DNA from: the human T2T-CHM13v2.0 reference genome, Homo sapiens
DNA: 64,000 bases
Direction: 5' to 3' (one strand)
Assembly: GCF_009914755.1 (NCBI RefSeq)
Contig: NC_060947.1
The notes beneath the pieces were generated by a model that had not been told where the DNA came from, did no database searches, and worked only from the letters and a program-made list of their open reading frames with translations. The translations under genes were made by a program, and so were the position numbers. Each line of letters starts with the position of its first letter. Within the stretch, counting starts at the first letter, position 1. Below, in pieces: positions 47,346 through 63,883 of the stretch.

Positions 47346-47852
47346 GTAAAACGATATCCACCATAAATTCAACTATATCAACAATAACATTGGATGTAGA
47401 TTAACTTTATAATCTAATCCAATAGGCAAAGATGGTCAGACTGGATAAAAGAAATATAGAATATAAAACAATAAAGAGAATCAGTTAAACCAAAAGTTGA
47501 CTCTTTAAAAAAAAAAAAAAAATCTCACAAACCTGTATCTAGACTGACCAAGAAAAAAGAGAAATAAAAACTGACAGGACTGAAATCAGAAGTATAACTT
47601 AGGACAAACCTTACAGAAATAAGCAGATAAGAGAATACTATGAAAAACTGCACCCCAACACACTAGATAACCTAGATGAAATGAGCAAATTGTCAGGAGA
47701 ATAAAACTGCCAAAACTGACACAAGAAAAAATAGAAAATCTAAGTACACTTTTACAAAGTAAAGATATTAAATCTATAATCAAAAATCTCCTAAGGAAAA
47801 GTCCAGAACCACAATGCTTCACAACCAAACATTTAAGGAAGTATTAACACTA

Positions 47853-48338
<486 letters not shown>

Positions 48339-48834
48339 CTAGCAAATATTTCAGTAGCACATTTAGAAGATTATATATCATGGCCAAGAGGGATTTATTT
48401 TAGGAATACTAAGGTGGGTCAACATGCAAAGATCAAGCTTTATAATATGCTACTTTAACACAAGGAAAAAAGCTCATGATTATCCCAATTGATGTACACA
48501 AAAATGTAACAAAATTCAACACTGCTTCATGATAAAAACAATTAACTAGGAATAAAATGAAAGGTTTCAACATGATAAATTACAGTTATGAAAAAAAGCC
48601 CCACATTAATATTATACTCAGTTGTGAAAGACTGAATACTTTCCTCCTAACATCAGAAATAAGAAAAGCATGTCTACTTCTATTCAACCTTATATTGAAA
48701 TTTCTAACCAGAATGATGAGGCAAGAAAAAGAAAGAAAATGCTTCTATCAGAATTGGAGAAATATAATTATTAATATATCTATTCAGAAATGAGATGATC
48801 TTATATAGAAAAAATCCTAAAGACTCTTTCAGTT

Positions 48835-49022
<188 letters not shown>

Positions 49023-51586
49023 TCAAGAAAATATTAGAGATAATAAAGCAATTCAGCAAAATTACAGGATATAAGATGAACATATAAAAATTAGTGCATT
49101 TTTATACACAAGCAATAGACAATCTGAAATGGAAATTTTAAAAAAACAAAAACAATAAATTATAAGAAAGTATTTAACCAAAAATAAATAAGACTTGCAT
49201 ACTAAAAATTAGAAAACATGTCTGAGAGAAATTAAAGAAGACACAAATAAATGGAAACACATTCTTCATCGATAGACTGGAAGATTTAAGATTGTTAAAA
49301 TGGTGATACTACCCAGGCATCTACAGAGCCAATGCAATCTCTATGAAAATTCCAGTGGCCTTTGTTGCAGAAATGGAAAAGCTGATCCTCAAAATTGTAT
49401 GCAATTTCAATGGTCTCTGAATAACCAAAACAATTTTTAAAAAGGAAATCAAAGTTGGGTGATTCAACTTTCAAAGTTTACTACAAAGGAACATTAATCA
49501 AGATGAGGTGGGACTGGCATGTGAAAAGACATATAAGTCAATGGAATAGAACAGATGGTCCAGAATAAGCCCTCATATTTATTATTAATTTATCTTCAAC
49601 AAGGGTTCCAAAATATTTCAATGGGAAACATATGATCTTTTGTACAAATCGTGCTAGGACAGTTGAGCTTTTATGTGAAAAAAATAAAGTGGTATACCTA
49701 CCTCACACCACATACAAACATTAACTCATAATCAAAAACCTAAATGTAACAGCTAAAGTTTTAGCATACTTAGAATAAAACAGGTGTCAACCTTTGTGAC
49801 CTTAAATTGGGCAATATTTACTTAGATATGACACAAAAAAACACAAGCAACAGAAATAAAAAATAAATAAATTGGACTAATCTAAATTTAAAACTTTTTA
49901 ATCCAAAGGATATTATCAAGAGATTGAAAAAACAACCTACATAATCAGAGTACCTATTTCCAGATCATATATCTGATGAAGGTCCAGTATTTATAATGTA
50001 CAAAGAACACTTAAACTCTACAGCAAAAAAGAATAAAAGTAAATAAAAATAGGCAAGAATTTGAATAGATAAGTCTCCAAAGAAGAAAAACAAATGGCCA
50101 ATAAGTACAAGAAAAGATGCTCGACGTCATTAGTTATTAGGGAAATGCAAATCAAAACCATAATAAGATATCACTTCACATCCACTAGGATGTCTAGATT
50201 ATCAAAGATGTGGAGAAATTTGAACCCTTGCACATTGCTGGTATGAATAGAAAATAATGCAGCTGCTAGGAAAACAGTCTGATGGCTTCTCAAAATGTTA
50301 AACATAGAATGGTCATTCTATGTTTAATTCCCTGGCAATCGTACTCCTAAGTGTGTATTTAAATGAATTGCTAGCAGATACTCAGACAAATAATTGCACG
50401 TGAACGTTCATAGCAGCACTATTCACAATGGCCAAAAAGTGAAAAACTGCCCAAATGTTTTTCAGTGGATAAACTGATAAACGAAATGTCATATATCCAT
50501 ACAATGGAACATCATTCAGCTATAAAAACGAATAAAGTATTGTTACATTTTACAACATGGATGATAACAACATGCCAAGTGAGAGAAGCCAGACACAAAA
50601 CATCACATATTATCATATTTCATCATATGAAATATCCAGAAATGGGTAAGTCCAAAGACACAGAAAGCATGTTAATGGTTTCCAGGGCCTGTGGGAATTA
50701 ATAATGAGACTAACTTCTTAATGGGTACAACATTTCCCTTTGGGGTAATGAAAATATTTTAGCAATAGAGGTGATGGTGGCACAGCCTTGTGAATGTACT
50801 AACTGCTACTGAATTGTATATGTTAAAATGGTAAACTTTGTGTTATATGAATTTTACGTCAATAAAAATAAGTTACAGTAGGAAAATAAAGCCGCATCTT
50901 TTTACACTGGCATATGCAGCAGAAGTCTTTCTGTTCAGGAGATACTTCTCCCTTTCTCCATGCCCCATGACCAATTAATTTCTAAACTCTGTCCATTTTT
51001 CCTTTGAAAACCCTCTTGGTTCTTGTTTTCTCTGATTTACCACTTTACCATAGCCCTAGGTGAGGCCTCCATCATGTCACACCAAACAAGCACAGTGTCT
51101 TCTTCCCTGGTCCACTGCCACCCAGTCTGTCACCCCCTCCAAGGCATCCTGTATCCTGCATGAGGTATCCTTGCTAAATAACTTATTGGATTCCTTTAGT
51201 CCATACTCCTCTATCGAGAGCCTTCTATTGAACCCTGTTGCCTAGAATTACCTCACTTGTAAAACACAGCAATAATAATAATGAACTTTATAAGGTTGTT
51301 ATGTGAATTCAATTAAATTATATACCTAGCCTATCTTCTGACACAGTTTGGCAATCAGTGAATGGTAGCTTTTTCTTCCTGAGGAAGAAGTCTAGTTAGA
51401 AGGTCTAAACGAGATGCTGAGTATTTTTCTGGAATCAATGTGAAGCTATTTAGAATTTATTTAGCTATTTAGAATTTATATCAGAATAGATTCAAGAAGA
51501 CAGACTTCCTGCATATTTTAGAATTTTGTCATAAAATCAGACCAAAATGGTGTACATGAACAGAAGACTTAAGAAATAGCACCACA

Positions 51587-51865
51587 GGCCCGGGGCGGTG
51601 GCTCATGCCTGTAATCCCCGCACTTTGGGAGGCTGAGGCAGGTGGATCACAAGGTCAGGAGTTCGAGACAAGCCTGACCAACATGGTGAAACCCCGTCTC
51701 TACTAAAAATACAAAAATTAGCCAGGTGTGATGACACACGCCTGTAATCTCAGCTACTCAGGAGCCTAAGGCAGGAGAATCGCTTGAACCCAGGAGGGGG
51801 AGGTTGCAGTCAGCTGAGATCACGCCACTGCACTCCAGCCTGGGTGACAAAAGGAGACTCCGTCT

Positions 51866-51899
<34 letters not shown>

Positions 51900-51905
51900 A
51901 AAAGA
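51587..51905 (+). mobile_element. AluSg-like
   Basis: GATCACAAGGTCAGGAGTTCGAG, a long A-tail and TSD AAGAAATAGCACCA(C/T)A. Confidence 0.92.
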
Positions 51906-52039
51906 AAGAAATAGCACCATACACGTGGTAGATGAATGAGGGATTCAAGTAGATTCCATGATATACTTATTACCCACAAGAAATAATGAACAGAATCACG
52001 AACCCTTAACTATCTTATTAACTACTTTTAACAAAATAA

Positions 52040-53030
52040 ATCACATATTATACTTATTTTTAGTACGTTATACAAAACAATGTACCTGAGGCAAGGGAAA
52101 AAGTAAGCGTCAATTTCAGAGGCATTCCTGGGCATGATGTTTATAGGAAAAACTCACTATTTTTCTCTACAAACTCAACACTTCTGGGTCCTCATGTGTG
52201 GGTTTTTCCACACATCGACCAATTCTAGTCTCTAGACACTAACTGGGTAACCTACAATTCAATTCTGATACTATCTGGAGTTAGTGCAGATCCTACAAGT
52301 TAAGGGCTCAATATCACAAAACTGTTGCCCATTTTAAATGCCAATCCCAATTAATAGGTCCTCAGTTACCCACATTTCTGTCCAACATGGCTACAAATCA
52401 GATTTTCATGATTCCCCCTTCAGGTTGACTATGACAGCTCACAGAACTTGGAGAAACATTTTCGTTTACTGGTTTATTATAAAGGATAAGATAAAGGACA
52501 TAGATAAGTAGCCAGATGAAGGAGTAGATAGGGTGAGGTCCAGAAGGGTCCCAAGTTGAGAAGCTTCTGTCCCCCTGGGTTTGGGGTGCACCATCTTCCC
52601 AGCACGTGGTTGCATTCACCAGCTCAGCTTTCCAAACCCTGCATTCCACACTTCTGGGATTTTTATGGAGGTTCATGTACTAGGCAAGATTGATTAAATC
52701 GTTGGCGGTTGGTGATTACGTCAATCTCCAGTCTCTCTCCCCTCTTCAGTGATCAGGTGGTGGGGCTGAAAATTCCAACCATCTAATCACATGTTTGGTT
52801 CCCCTAGAAACAAGTCCCCATCATTAAACTGTACAGGAACCCCCAGTCACCAGTCATCTCATTAGCAGACAAAAGACACTTATCACTTGGTGGATTCCAA
52901 GGGTTTTAGAAGCTGTGTGCCAGGAAAGGGGGGTGGTTGGCAGAGACCAAATATATATATTATGTCACAGATGGCATCATTACATTGGTACACATGAAGA
53001 ACAAATAAAATAATGCAGACGAAAATGGCT
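52040..53030 (-). mobile_element. Possible Gypsy gag double zinc-knuckle remnant, split by MER21
   Basis: Joining the flanks of the LTR gives ICSSCVPM**CHHAQECL, then QVHCFV*RTK. Confidence 0.4.
52137..52968 (-). mobile_element. MER21-like solo LTR
   Basis: The reverse complement starts TGTGACATAATATATATATTTGGTCTCTGCC...TTCCTGGCACACAGCTTCTAAAACCCTTGGAATC. Confidence 0.82.
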
Positions 53031-53125
53031 TGGTTTACATAAAATTAGCATTAAATTAACATGAACCTGAAAAAATACAAATTAATTCTTTATGAAAAAA
53101 AGCTTAAATTTTTCTGTAAGGTTGA

Positions 53126-53479
<354 letters not shown>

Positions 53480-55011
53480 TGAATGTCTGAAATAGCCTCT
53501 CTGGGCTTCTTGTGATTAGTAGCACCAAAATGCCTTTAGACAAAAGTTCAAGAGTAGCACAACAGGCAATAGTATAGGGCGTGTCAATACATCTGTTCTG
53601 GTCTTATAATGCCATCCTTAATGAGATGTTTCCCTTTCACTCTCTTTTCATATTTTTTTTCCTCCTCTGCAACCCAGGTCCAGACCTGGTCACAGTCCAC
53701 CTGCTCGCTTTATATAACAGCAGCCCCTGCACCGCCACTCCCAGATTCTTATGCTCCACTAGGAAGCCCTCCAAAGGCTTGATATTTTCTCATGGCCCGT
53801 TATGCATTTCCCTTCACCTAGAGATTCTTCACCCCACCCCCACTCACACACTCACCTGCAACATCTCTGTTAATTACAGTCTTTCAAAGTCAAGTTCAAA
53901 TCTCATCTCCTTAAAATCTTTTTTAAAATCCCATATTCTCTTTAAGCATGATGAGCTATCAGTAGCTGGCTTCTATGTACACATAATCTACCTCGTTTCA
54001 TGATACAATCTTCTTGTAAAAAATGGTGATCTCTGTCATACTATATCCTGACAACTAAACTTTTATTTTGGCACTTACCACCTTCGGCCGTGTCTGTAAG
54101 GACAGGACCTAGCACAATTCCTTGAATATGGCAGGAGATTGATGTATGTTTGTTGAAGAGTAATATTAAAGGTATAATTAAGATTATTCTTGAAAATATA
54201 TTGTTCCTTTTAATAAATTCTTCTAGCCACGAGATAAAATTTCCACAAACATGCAAAGGTGTCCGAATTCACTTCCTGAAAAGTCAAACAGTATCTGGGA
54301 TCAGACAAGTTCACCTGCATCATGGTTTTTGCTTGATTACACAAGATGGTGACAAAGTGGATAACATTTCCATCCACAAATTCCTTAAACTCAACTAAAA
54401 TAAGTGCAAAATTTTTGTAAAAAATAATGCTGACATCTTATGCAATCAACTTTATCGGAGCAAAAGTTGTTCAGCAGAGATTTGAAATCAAGTAAGCACC
54501 ACTCTAAGCCACTTTGAAAAAGCATTGACCATCATCAAGATGATCTTATCTGGAAAGAGTCATACAAAAATAGCTTGTTGAATGAGGCATGGGCAAGATG
54601 TAGTGATGATCGTCTTCTAATAAAAACAATTCCATTTCCACAGAAAAAGAAGAGCATTACTTGTGAACAGAAAGGGCCTACTGGTCTTTGTGAATAGCTT
54701 TAGCACCTTAGGCCACTCCATAGATTATGCATATTTTACTGCATATAGTAAGATGAGTATAGAAAGGTAATCACGTTATACACAGCACACTCTAAAATCA
54801 TTTATTTGAAAACATGGCTACACAATATTCCTAGAACTTCTACCAAACTACATATTAATCAAGATAATGTAAGTCAGTGACTCTCATTTTTTATGACCTT
54901 TTATATTCATAAAAGTTACTGAGGACCCAAAAGACATTTTTTACTGGATTCTATCTACTTAACCTTACCACTTTTTAAAATAAAACTGAAACTTTTAAAA
55001 ATATTCCTTTA

Positions 55012-55303
<292 letters not shown>

Positions 55304-56894
55304 TCATTTTTAAAAGTGACAAACTCATTACATGCTAACAATTTATTTTTATGAAAAGTTGACATGTTTTCCAAAACAACAAATGAGTTAAAGACTCACA
55401 TTGTTTTCATTTTTACAAATCTTTTAATATCTGACCTGATAAAACACTGGCGAAGTGCCTAATTTGCTTCTGTGTTTAATCTGTTTTAACATGTCGTTTT
55501 GGTTGAAGTATATGAAGAAAATTTGGCCTCACATGTATATGTAATTAGAAAAGTGAGGAGCAGTTTCATAGCCTTTAAAAATAATTGCCTATGTTCGTTG
55601 ACACTGTACCAAAACTCGGCAAGGAGTGGTTTCTTAAAAGTTAGTTTGAATGTGGAATCTAAAAATATATCAGTAAAATATTCGTTTACAGTAAAATTCT
55701 TTGGTCTACTTTGCATCTTGAATGAATCTTTTACTCATGCATGATTTTGTAACATCATTCGACGGTCACTTTGAAACCATTAATTCACAAGTTAAGCAGA
55801 TCTTTATTACACAGTATCAAAAACATCACATTTGTTCATATCGCCATGAATCTTATCAGAAAAGTCTAAGTATTGGGTAGCTATTACATTCAAGGCAAGG
55901 GATACAAGTTTTTCAAAATTCTAATATTTACTTGAAATTTCAAATTTTACAATGAGTAACAGATATCATCCATTGTTTTCCTTGAAGTAACAGCTCACTT
56001 TAACTTCAGAAAAAATGTTCTGCCAAATACCCAAGTCAAAAAAACCATAAATCCCAATAGTTTCTCTTTCATGTAAAACGATCTCACAACTCAAACAATT
56101 GCAAAAGCACTTTTCCTTGAGACGACCATTGTCTTATGCCATGCAGAAAAAAGTGCTTTATGCATACTTCCCATTTCTTCACACAGAATATTAATCTCAT
56201 AAGATTAATACTATTATAGTTTTTACAAAGGATATTCTCAGGTGAAACTGGTAATTTTTTCTTTTCATTCTGAGTGTATGGTGTGAAAAAAAAATCAAGG
56301 ACCAATAGTACAAGCAGGAACCATTGCCTTGATTTGTACCAAGCCACCAGCAGTTTTACCCACAACTGCTCTAGCATCATCAGTGCAACCGTAAACACAC
56401 TTGTTTCAGGATAGAACCTGAAAGTCAAAAATATTATTCTATTTTAATATTTATCACCATTGTGTTTATTGCCCAGCATTCAAATGAAAGAAGATATACT
56501 TTGCTGATTAGTCCATGCTCATACCAGATGAACATAAGCAAAACAGGAAGCCCAGTTACATCTGTAGATTTGTTCATTTGTAAGGCAAAAGTACACTTCT
56601 GAAGATAAGATATTAACTCAGTCTTAATGTTTGCAACTAAATATTTAAGACAATGAGTGACTATGTGTTTGGAAAGTGGCAGCACCATGATTGTTTTTAC
56701 TGACTTTTCATTGAGCAGGTATTTGGCAAAGTGAAATGTAAAAAATTGTGTGTACTTCTCCAGACAATAAAACACAAGGAACTTCCCTATAAAATCCTTT
56801 AGTGGCTTTTCCATTTATGTTTTAAAAGTCTGTAATAAGCAATTTTTGACTTTTAAATAGTTTATCATGTCTATGTTAAAATATACAATGCCTT

Positions 56895-57150
56895 ATTTAT
56901 TTTTAACTTTATGTTTATTGTATATATTTAAGGTGTACAATATAATGTTTTGATATACATATACATGGTGAAAAGATTACTACAGTCAAGCCAATTAGCA
57001 TATCTGTCTTCTCACATAGCGTAACCTTTGTCTGAGAGTGCGTGTGTGTAGGTGTAGTAAGAGCACCTAAAATGTAATCTCTTTTCAGATTTCTTAGACA
57101 CAGTACAAAATAATATTAACTATAGCCCTGGTGATGTAAATTAGACCTTA
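56895..57150 (-). mobile_element. L1MA (MA8/9-like) 3' end
   Basis: TTGTATATATTTAAGGTGTACAA...GATTACTACAGTCAAGC. Confidence 0.75.
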
Positions 57151-59794
57151 TCCATCATAAATGACTACAACATACTTCTTTATAAAAATTTTAAATTATT
57201 GGTTTCAAAATCATGCTCCAACTTAGCAGACTCCATAACACTATTCAAAATGTTTTGCATATGAAAAACTAAGATAATTTATTGCCACATATAAGACTGA
57301 AGAAAATAAATTTTCATCATATATTTTGTCTTATTAGTTTTTCACCGTTTCTTTGGAGTAGATTATTCTCTTCCCTAAAACAGGCAATTATCTAGAATGT
57401 CAGCTTAATATTTTTTTCAGCATCTTTATGTGTACATATTACATTGTAAGCTGAGAAAGGAATTCTAGTCTTTCTTTTTAAGGCAAGAGTGTATCTTTAA
57501 ATATAAGAAATTATAAATATATTTTGTTTTAGTAAACCATATGGTTTAAGTTATAAAGTAACAACTTTAGACAAAATTTAAAAAGTAATTAAAAAAAAAT
57601 TTTAATATATTGCCAAAAAAACCCAATAATATATATCCATTTCCAGTTGTGTTTCTCCTTAGGCCCAAGAGAAATGAAAATTTTTTAAAAATTTAATTTA
57701 ATGCACGATTCTGAAATTACAGAGATTAGAGCACGTATAACCCAAAGATATGTAGTAATAGAAAAGAAGCATCAAGAACAAATGGAATTTATCTCTGAAG
57801 TGCATATTTACATCTTAAACATACTACATTCTAAAGTTCTAGAAAACAGAATACACAAGCACACATTCCAGTAGCCTTAAGGGCACTGATGTTATTACAG
57901 GTCATGTAGCCTCTGGAGCATTCTCTGTAAACTCATGACAAAATTAATGGAAAAAGCAAAGACTATTTTAGAATTTTGATGAAAATAATTGTTGTTTTGT
58001 GGGTCTTGTTAAAGGATCTTGGGGACCCCATACCAATGTTCTTTGGACACACTTTGTGATCTTCTGGCATAGGCAGTGTTTTAACAAAATGAAACTATAT
58101 TCATCATTAACATACAGTTCAAATGAAGTCAAGTCATCTTCTTCTGAAAATTTAAAGGGCCAGTCCTAAAATAGGCTTATGTCAATTCCATACAAATTCC
58201 ATTGGCCAGAGTCCAGTCATGTAACTGTAACCTAACTGAAAGGGAATCTAGAAAATACAATGTTTCCCATGAATTTATGGTGAACAATAAAAATACATGC
58301 AATAGAACATTCAACCATAAACTCCTTATGTACCAACTTTTCCCAAGGAGCTGCCCAATAACCCACACTGGATTTTAAAGACCTTGAATTCTAAAACTAT
58401 GTTTTATTCGATATTATACCTAGGGTCCTTGGTACATGGTACAATGTGGGGTACAGATGGCTGAATAAAACATAGCAGGTAATGTGACTAAACAAAGTCT
58501 CTACATCAAGAATACCATCATCTAAAAAAGAGAAACTGAAAGTTCTCATTTTCTATTTCTCCTTGATCACTATTGACAGTAATAGCTTATATTTATTAGG
58601 GAACAGTACAATGTGAAATTTCCTGAAGCGTTTATCTAAAGTTATCATGACTATCATGTCATCAATATGTAACATCTCCTGAAATCTGTTATAATTGACT
58701 ATTATTGGGGCACAATATAGTAGCATCATTGATGATTAGCTTCAAATTCAGCTCTTGACAGGTCAAGTTTTGCAAAAAAGAAAAAAACAATATTTCACAG
58801 GCTTGATTTGTTGCCACTCCAGATTAAAAAAAAATGACTTACGTTCTTTATTTACAAGACACTTCTGCACAGAGTTGTACCCCAACTTTGGTGTTTACTA
58901 CTGTGTTCTGCCAAAACAGAATCCTGTGTTTCTAAGTCTGTGAGGTCAAAAAATACATAATTAAGAGAACTCCTACAATTCTGCTTTATCCTAAATAACG
59001 ATGATTGATGATTAATTGGAAATATTGAATTCACATGCCCTACCAATTCCATAAGATGATAGTCCTTCTCTAGAATATTTCCAACCTGAGTAAGGAGTTA
59101 GTCCCTCTTGGATAATAGGAACTATAATATGTGAAATTTGGGGTCTGAGATCCCAAATTTGAGATACTATGCTCTCCACTATATAAATAAAGCAAGCCAG
59201 TATAAGGTAGAAAACGATAACCAGATGTAGAGAGAAAATCAAATGACCGCCAGAACAAAACTTCTGCTGCCAGTTGTTCTGAAGCCTTGTTGCTACCATG
59301 TTTAATTAATATATGCTTTTATTAGCTCTCAGAAATTCCTCTATTTTCTTTCAATGTAGTATATTTACAGCCTAAACTAATTCAAGTTGCTTCTTTGCCA
59401 TCTATAAACCAAAAAGTTTTAATTAATATATCAGTATTTTAAGTACAATTTTCAGTAATGAACTCAATAGAATCTATTCACTAAAGCAAATTGAACATTT
59501 ATTAACTCAGATAAAAAAGGTCACATGAATAAATTTGAAAGGCTTATAGGAGGTAAATCAGAATGAAGTGCTACCATTTGATATTTCTCTTATATTTTCT
59601 TATATTTAAGAAGAAGTTCTTAATTCTTCTGTAAAAGTTATCTAAAGCTTAAATTTTAATGCATCTATTTTTCTCAAACTCCCTTGGAGGAATAGAGTGT
59701 GTTATTTGAGAGTAAAAACATAGGAGAACTTGAGGAGAACATTTAACAGCCTATTTCTCACATTTTGTTCAAAATGTTACCCATTTATATACCT

Positions 59795-60406
59795 TGTCAA
59801 CTTTAAGTAATCAAAAAGATCAGAATCCAGTTCTAAAGAGTTTATTCGATTGAAAACCTAGAAATGACCATTTGGTACACACAGACCCCAGAGAAAAGGG
59901 ATCAGTTCTCCAAAATTAAAAGTTGAGTTCTTGCTTATATTGGCAGAAAACAAAGAAATTTAATAAGACTGAAACACTTTCTGTAAAAGGCTGGTTTAAG
60001 AATTACAAAAAGTAACAGTTTGCTTTCTTCCCATAAGGCTTGTTTTCTTTTCATTACGGCTGGTTTTCATTTCCTTTCCAATTTAAAACAGTGTATTTAA
60101 CATTTCATCTGAAGACAGTGTGGTAGTCATGAAGCCCTGTGTGAGAAAGATAAGAGGGAAGTTAATCTATAATGAAAATTAAGTGAAGAGGGATAGGGTC
60201 TTTCCTGGCATTCTTAAGTCATTTACAACATTTTACAAAACAATGCAGGTAAGGAAGAAGATTTAATCTATAATCACAGAAAGAAAGGTGACAACTGTCT
60301 AGGTTATAGCTGCTTGTCACATGACTCAGACCCCATAATCACGTACCTTTAAGGCTCAAAATAATTTAGAGTTCCAACACCTTAGGTTTTGAATTACTTG
60401 TTTTCA
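59795..60406 (-). mobile_element. ERV1-type solo LTR (MER67-like)
   Basis: TG..CA ends. The reverse complement starts TGAAAACAAGTAATTCAAAACCTAAGGTGTTGGAACTCTAAATTATTTTGAGCC. Family is from recall. Confidence 0.65.
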
Positions 60407-60502
60407 GAATCTTTTGAAAGTGTCTCTGCCAAATTCCCACTAAAATACTAAGGGAGACATAGAAGAGAAACTAAAAATAAACAATCATAAGAAACCCCAT
60501 GT

Positions 60503-60805
<303 letters not shown>

Positions 60806-60812
60806 TTGCAAC

Positions 60813-62385
60813 TCTTTTTTAAAAAAACTTTTTATTTCCATAGGTTTTTGGGGAACAAGTGGTATTTGGTTACAGGAGTAAGTTCTTTAGTGGTGATTTG
60901 TGAGATTTTGGTGCACCCATCACCCGAGCCATATACACTGAACCCAATTTGTGGTCTTTTATCCCTCAGCCTCCTCCCCATACTTTCCCTAGTCCCCAAA
61001 GTCCATTGTATTATTCTTATGCCTTTGCATCCTCATAGCTTAGCTCCTACTTATGAGTGTGAACATACGATGTTTACTTTTCCATTCCTGAGTTACTTCG
61101 CTTAGAATAATAGCCTGCAATCCCATCCAGGTTACTGTGAATGCCATTAATTCTTTCCTTTTTATGGCCGAGTAGTATTCTATCACATATATATACAGAA
61201 GAGTTTCTTTTCCACTCGTTGATTGATGGGCTTTTGGGTTGGTTCCACATTTTTGCAATTGTGAATTGTGCTGCTATAAACATGCATGTGCAAATATCTT
61301 TTTTGTATAATGACTTCTTTTCCTCAGGGGAGATACACAGTAGTGGTATTGCTGGATGAAATGGTAGTTCTACTTTTAGTTCTTTAAGGAATCTCCACAC
61401 TGTTTTTCATAGTGGTTGTACTAGTTTACATTCCTGCCAGCAGTGTAGAAGTGTTCCCTGTTCACCACATTCATGCCAACATCTAATTTTTTAAAAAATT
61501 TTTCGATTATGGCCATTCTTGTGAGCATAAGATGGTATCACATTGTGGTTTTGATTTGCATTTCCCTGATCATTAGTGATGTTGAGCATTTTTTCATATG
61601 TTTGTTGACCATTTGTATACCTTTTTTTGAGAATTGTCTATTCATGTCCTTAGCCCATTTTTTTGATTGGATTGTTTTTTTCTTGCAAATTTGTTTGAGT
61701 TTATTGTAGATTCTGGATGTTAGTCCTTTGTCTGATGTATAGATTGTGAAGATTTTCTCCCATTCTGTGGGCTGTCTATTTTTCTCTGCTGACTGTTCCT
61801 TTTGCAATAGCTCTTTAGTTTAAGTCCCACCTATTTATCCTTGTTTTTGTTGCATTTGCTTTTGAGTTCTTGATCATAAAATCTTTGCCTAAGCCAATGT
61901 CTAGAAGGGTTTTTCTGATGTAATCTTCTAAAATTTTTATAGTTTCAGGTCTTAGATTAAAGTCCTTGATCCATCTTGAGTTGATTTTTGTATAAGGTGA
62001 GAGATGAGGATCCAGTTTCATTCTCCTATATGTGGCTAGCCAATTATCCCAGCACTGTTTGTTGAATAGGATGCCCTTTCCCCATTTTATGTTTTGATTT
62101 GTTTTGTCAAAGATCAGTTGACTGTAAGTATTTGGGTTTATTTCTGGGTTCTCTGTTCTGTTCTGTTGGTGTACATGCCTATTGTTATAACAGTACCATG
62201 CTGTTTTAGTGGCTATGGCCTTATAGTATAGTTTGAAATCAGGTAGTGTGATGCCTCCAGATTTGTTCTTTTTGCTTAGTCTTGCTGTGGCTATGTGGGC
62301 TCTTATTTTTGGTTCCATATGAATTTTGGGATTGTTTTTTCTAGTTCTGTGAAGAATGATTGTGGTGTTTTGATGGGAATTGCAT
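60813..62385 (-). mobile_element. 5'-truncated L1PB1-like element
   Basis: TAGGTTTTTGGGGAACAAGTGGTATTTGGTTAC...; ORF2 peptide [15 protein letters not shown]; candidate TSD TTGCAA(C/T)TC. Confidence 0.9.
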
Positions 62386-62394
62386 TGCAATTCA

Positions 62395-62535
62395 TAATAA
62401 GTACAAGGTCATTGCTTTTGAAAGAAAAAGCCCAATTAGTGACTTATAGATGCTTTCCTCCTGAAATAAGACAGCTCAGATGGTTGATGGCAAGAGAAAG
62501 TTGCTTCTGGCCTGTGTTTGGTAAACACTAGTTCT
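62395..62535 (+). mobile_element. Ancient Gypsy remnant I (H2C2 region)
   Basis: [37 protein letters not shown] (cf. LRxxxL..H..HPGI..MK..ARxxVFWPGMxK). Confidence 0.5.
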
Positions 62536-62754
62536 GATGGGATTACTTCTTATTCCAAGGGAAACAAAATAGAGACTTATGAAAAACCGTTGAAGAAAAG
62601 AAAAGAAATAATGACTCAGAGGAATATTATGCTACTGAATATTATCTACTACAGGATCCAAAGAAAGTTTTAGAGAATTATTTGGCAACTTTCATAAATG
62701 ACAGGACAATATGTCCCCTGTGAAACACAAGAGAAGAAAATGCAATGAAACATT

Positions 62755-62773
62755 TATATATGTGTGTGTATGA

Positions 62774-62813
<40 letters not shown>

Positions 62814-62818
62814 GTATA
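62755..62818. repeat. (TG)n(TA)n microsatellite
   Basis: Read directly from the sequence. Confidence 0.95.
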
Positions 62819-63400
62819 TCAGCAAAAATCAATTTGGAAGTTAATGAAAAATATAGTTGGTTTGCAACAATAATAAACCTATAAAATGCTTACAAATACA
62901 CAAGAAATGTGTAGGATATATATGAGGTGAACTACAAAACTTTATGGAAGAAAACAAAAGACATTCTGCAAAATTAGTGATATGCATCGTGCTCCTGGAT
63001 GGAAAGATTCAGTATTGTAAATCTGTTTAATCCCTTTCACATTAATCTGTAAGTTTAAAGAAGTGGAACTTTTTGAAGTTTATTAGGCAGAATAAATGCC
63101 CAACATTTATATATAATTTTTAAAGTGATGTAACAGAGTTTAAGGAATTCAACTAGACATTAAAAATTTATTTTAATAGACAAATTTAAACAGTGTGACA
63201 CTGCTGCAAGTTGAAGAGACATATCAACAGTAGTGAAAGTAATATATATTTTTGCCTTTATATTTTTTAAAGTTTATAAAATTAGCATGCATTATTTCTG
63301 TGTAAGTAACAAAAAATGAACATTATTAGTTTTAAATAATTGTTCATTCTCTCTCATCAAGAAATTCTTTCTCTGGGCTCTATTCCATTACTACGGGGAG

Positions 63401-63402
<2 letters not shown>

Positions 63403-63442
<40 letters not shown>

Positions 63443-63449
63443 GGATGGA

Positions 63450-63488
<39 letters not shown>
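63403..63488. repeat. (AC)19 and (GT)16 microsatellites facing each other
   Basis: Read directly; 14-nt spacer GGGGATGGATGTAT. Confidence 0.97.
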
Positions 63489-63489
<1 letters not shown>

Positions 63490-63559
63490 GAGATATATAT
63501 ATTCCCGTATAATTCATGATTAGTCCTCCTTCATACCCGTTTTCCTGGTATCATTATTA

Positions 63560-63883
<324 letters not shown>

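Noticed and set aside
55486-56814. Domesticated hAT transposase gene (ZBED/Buster-like)
   Set aside because: It is fragmented over several frames, the catalytic DE motif has decayed to NK, and it sits inside an ordinary Charlie1 copy.
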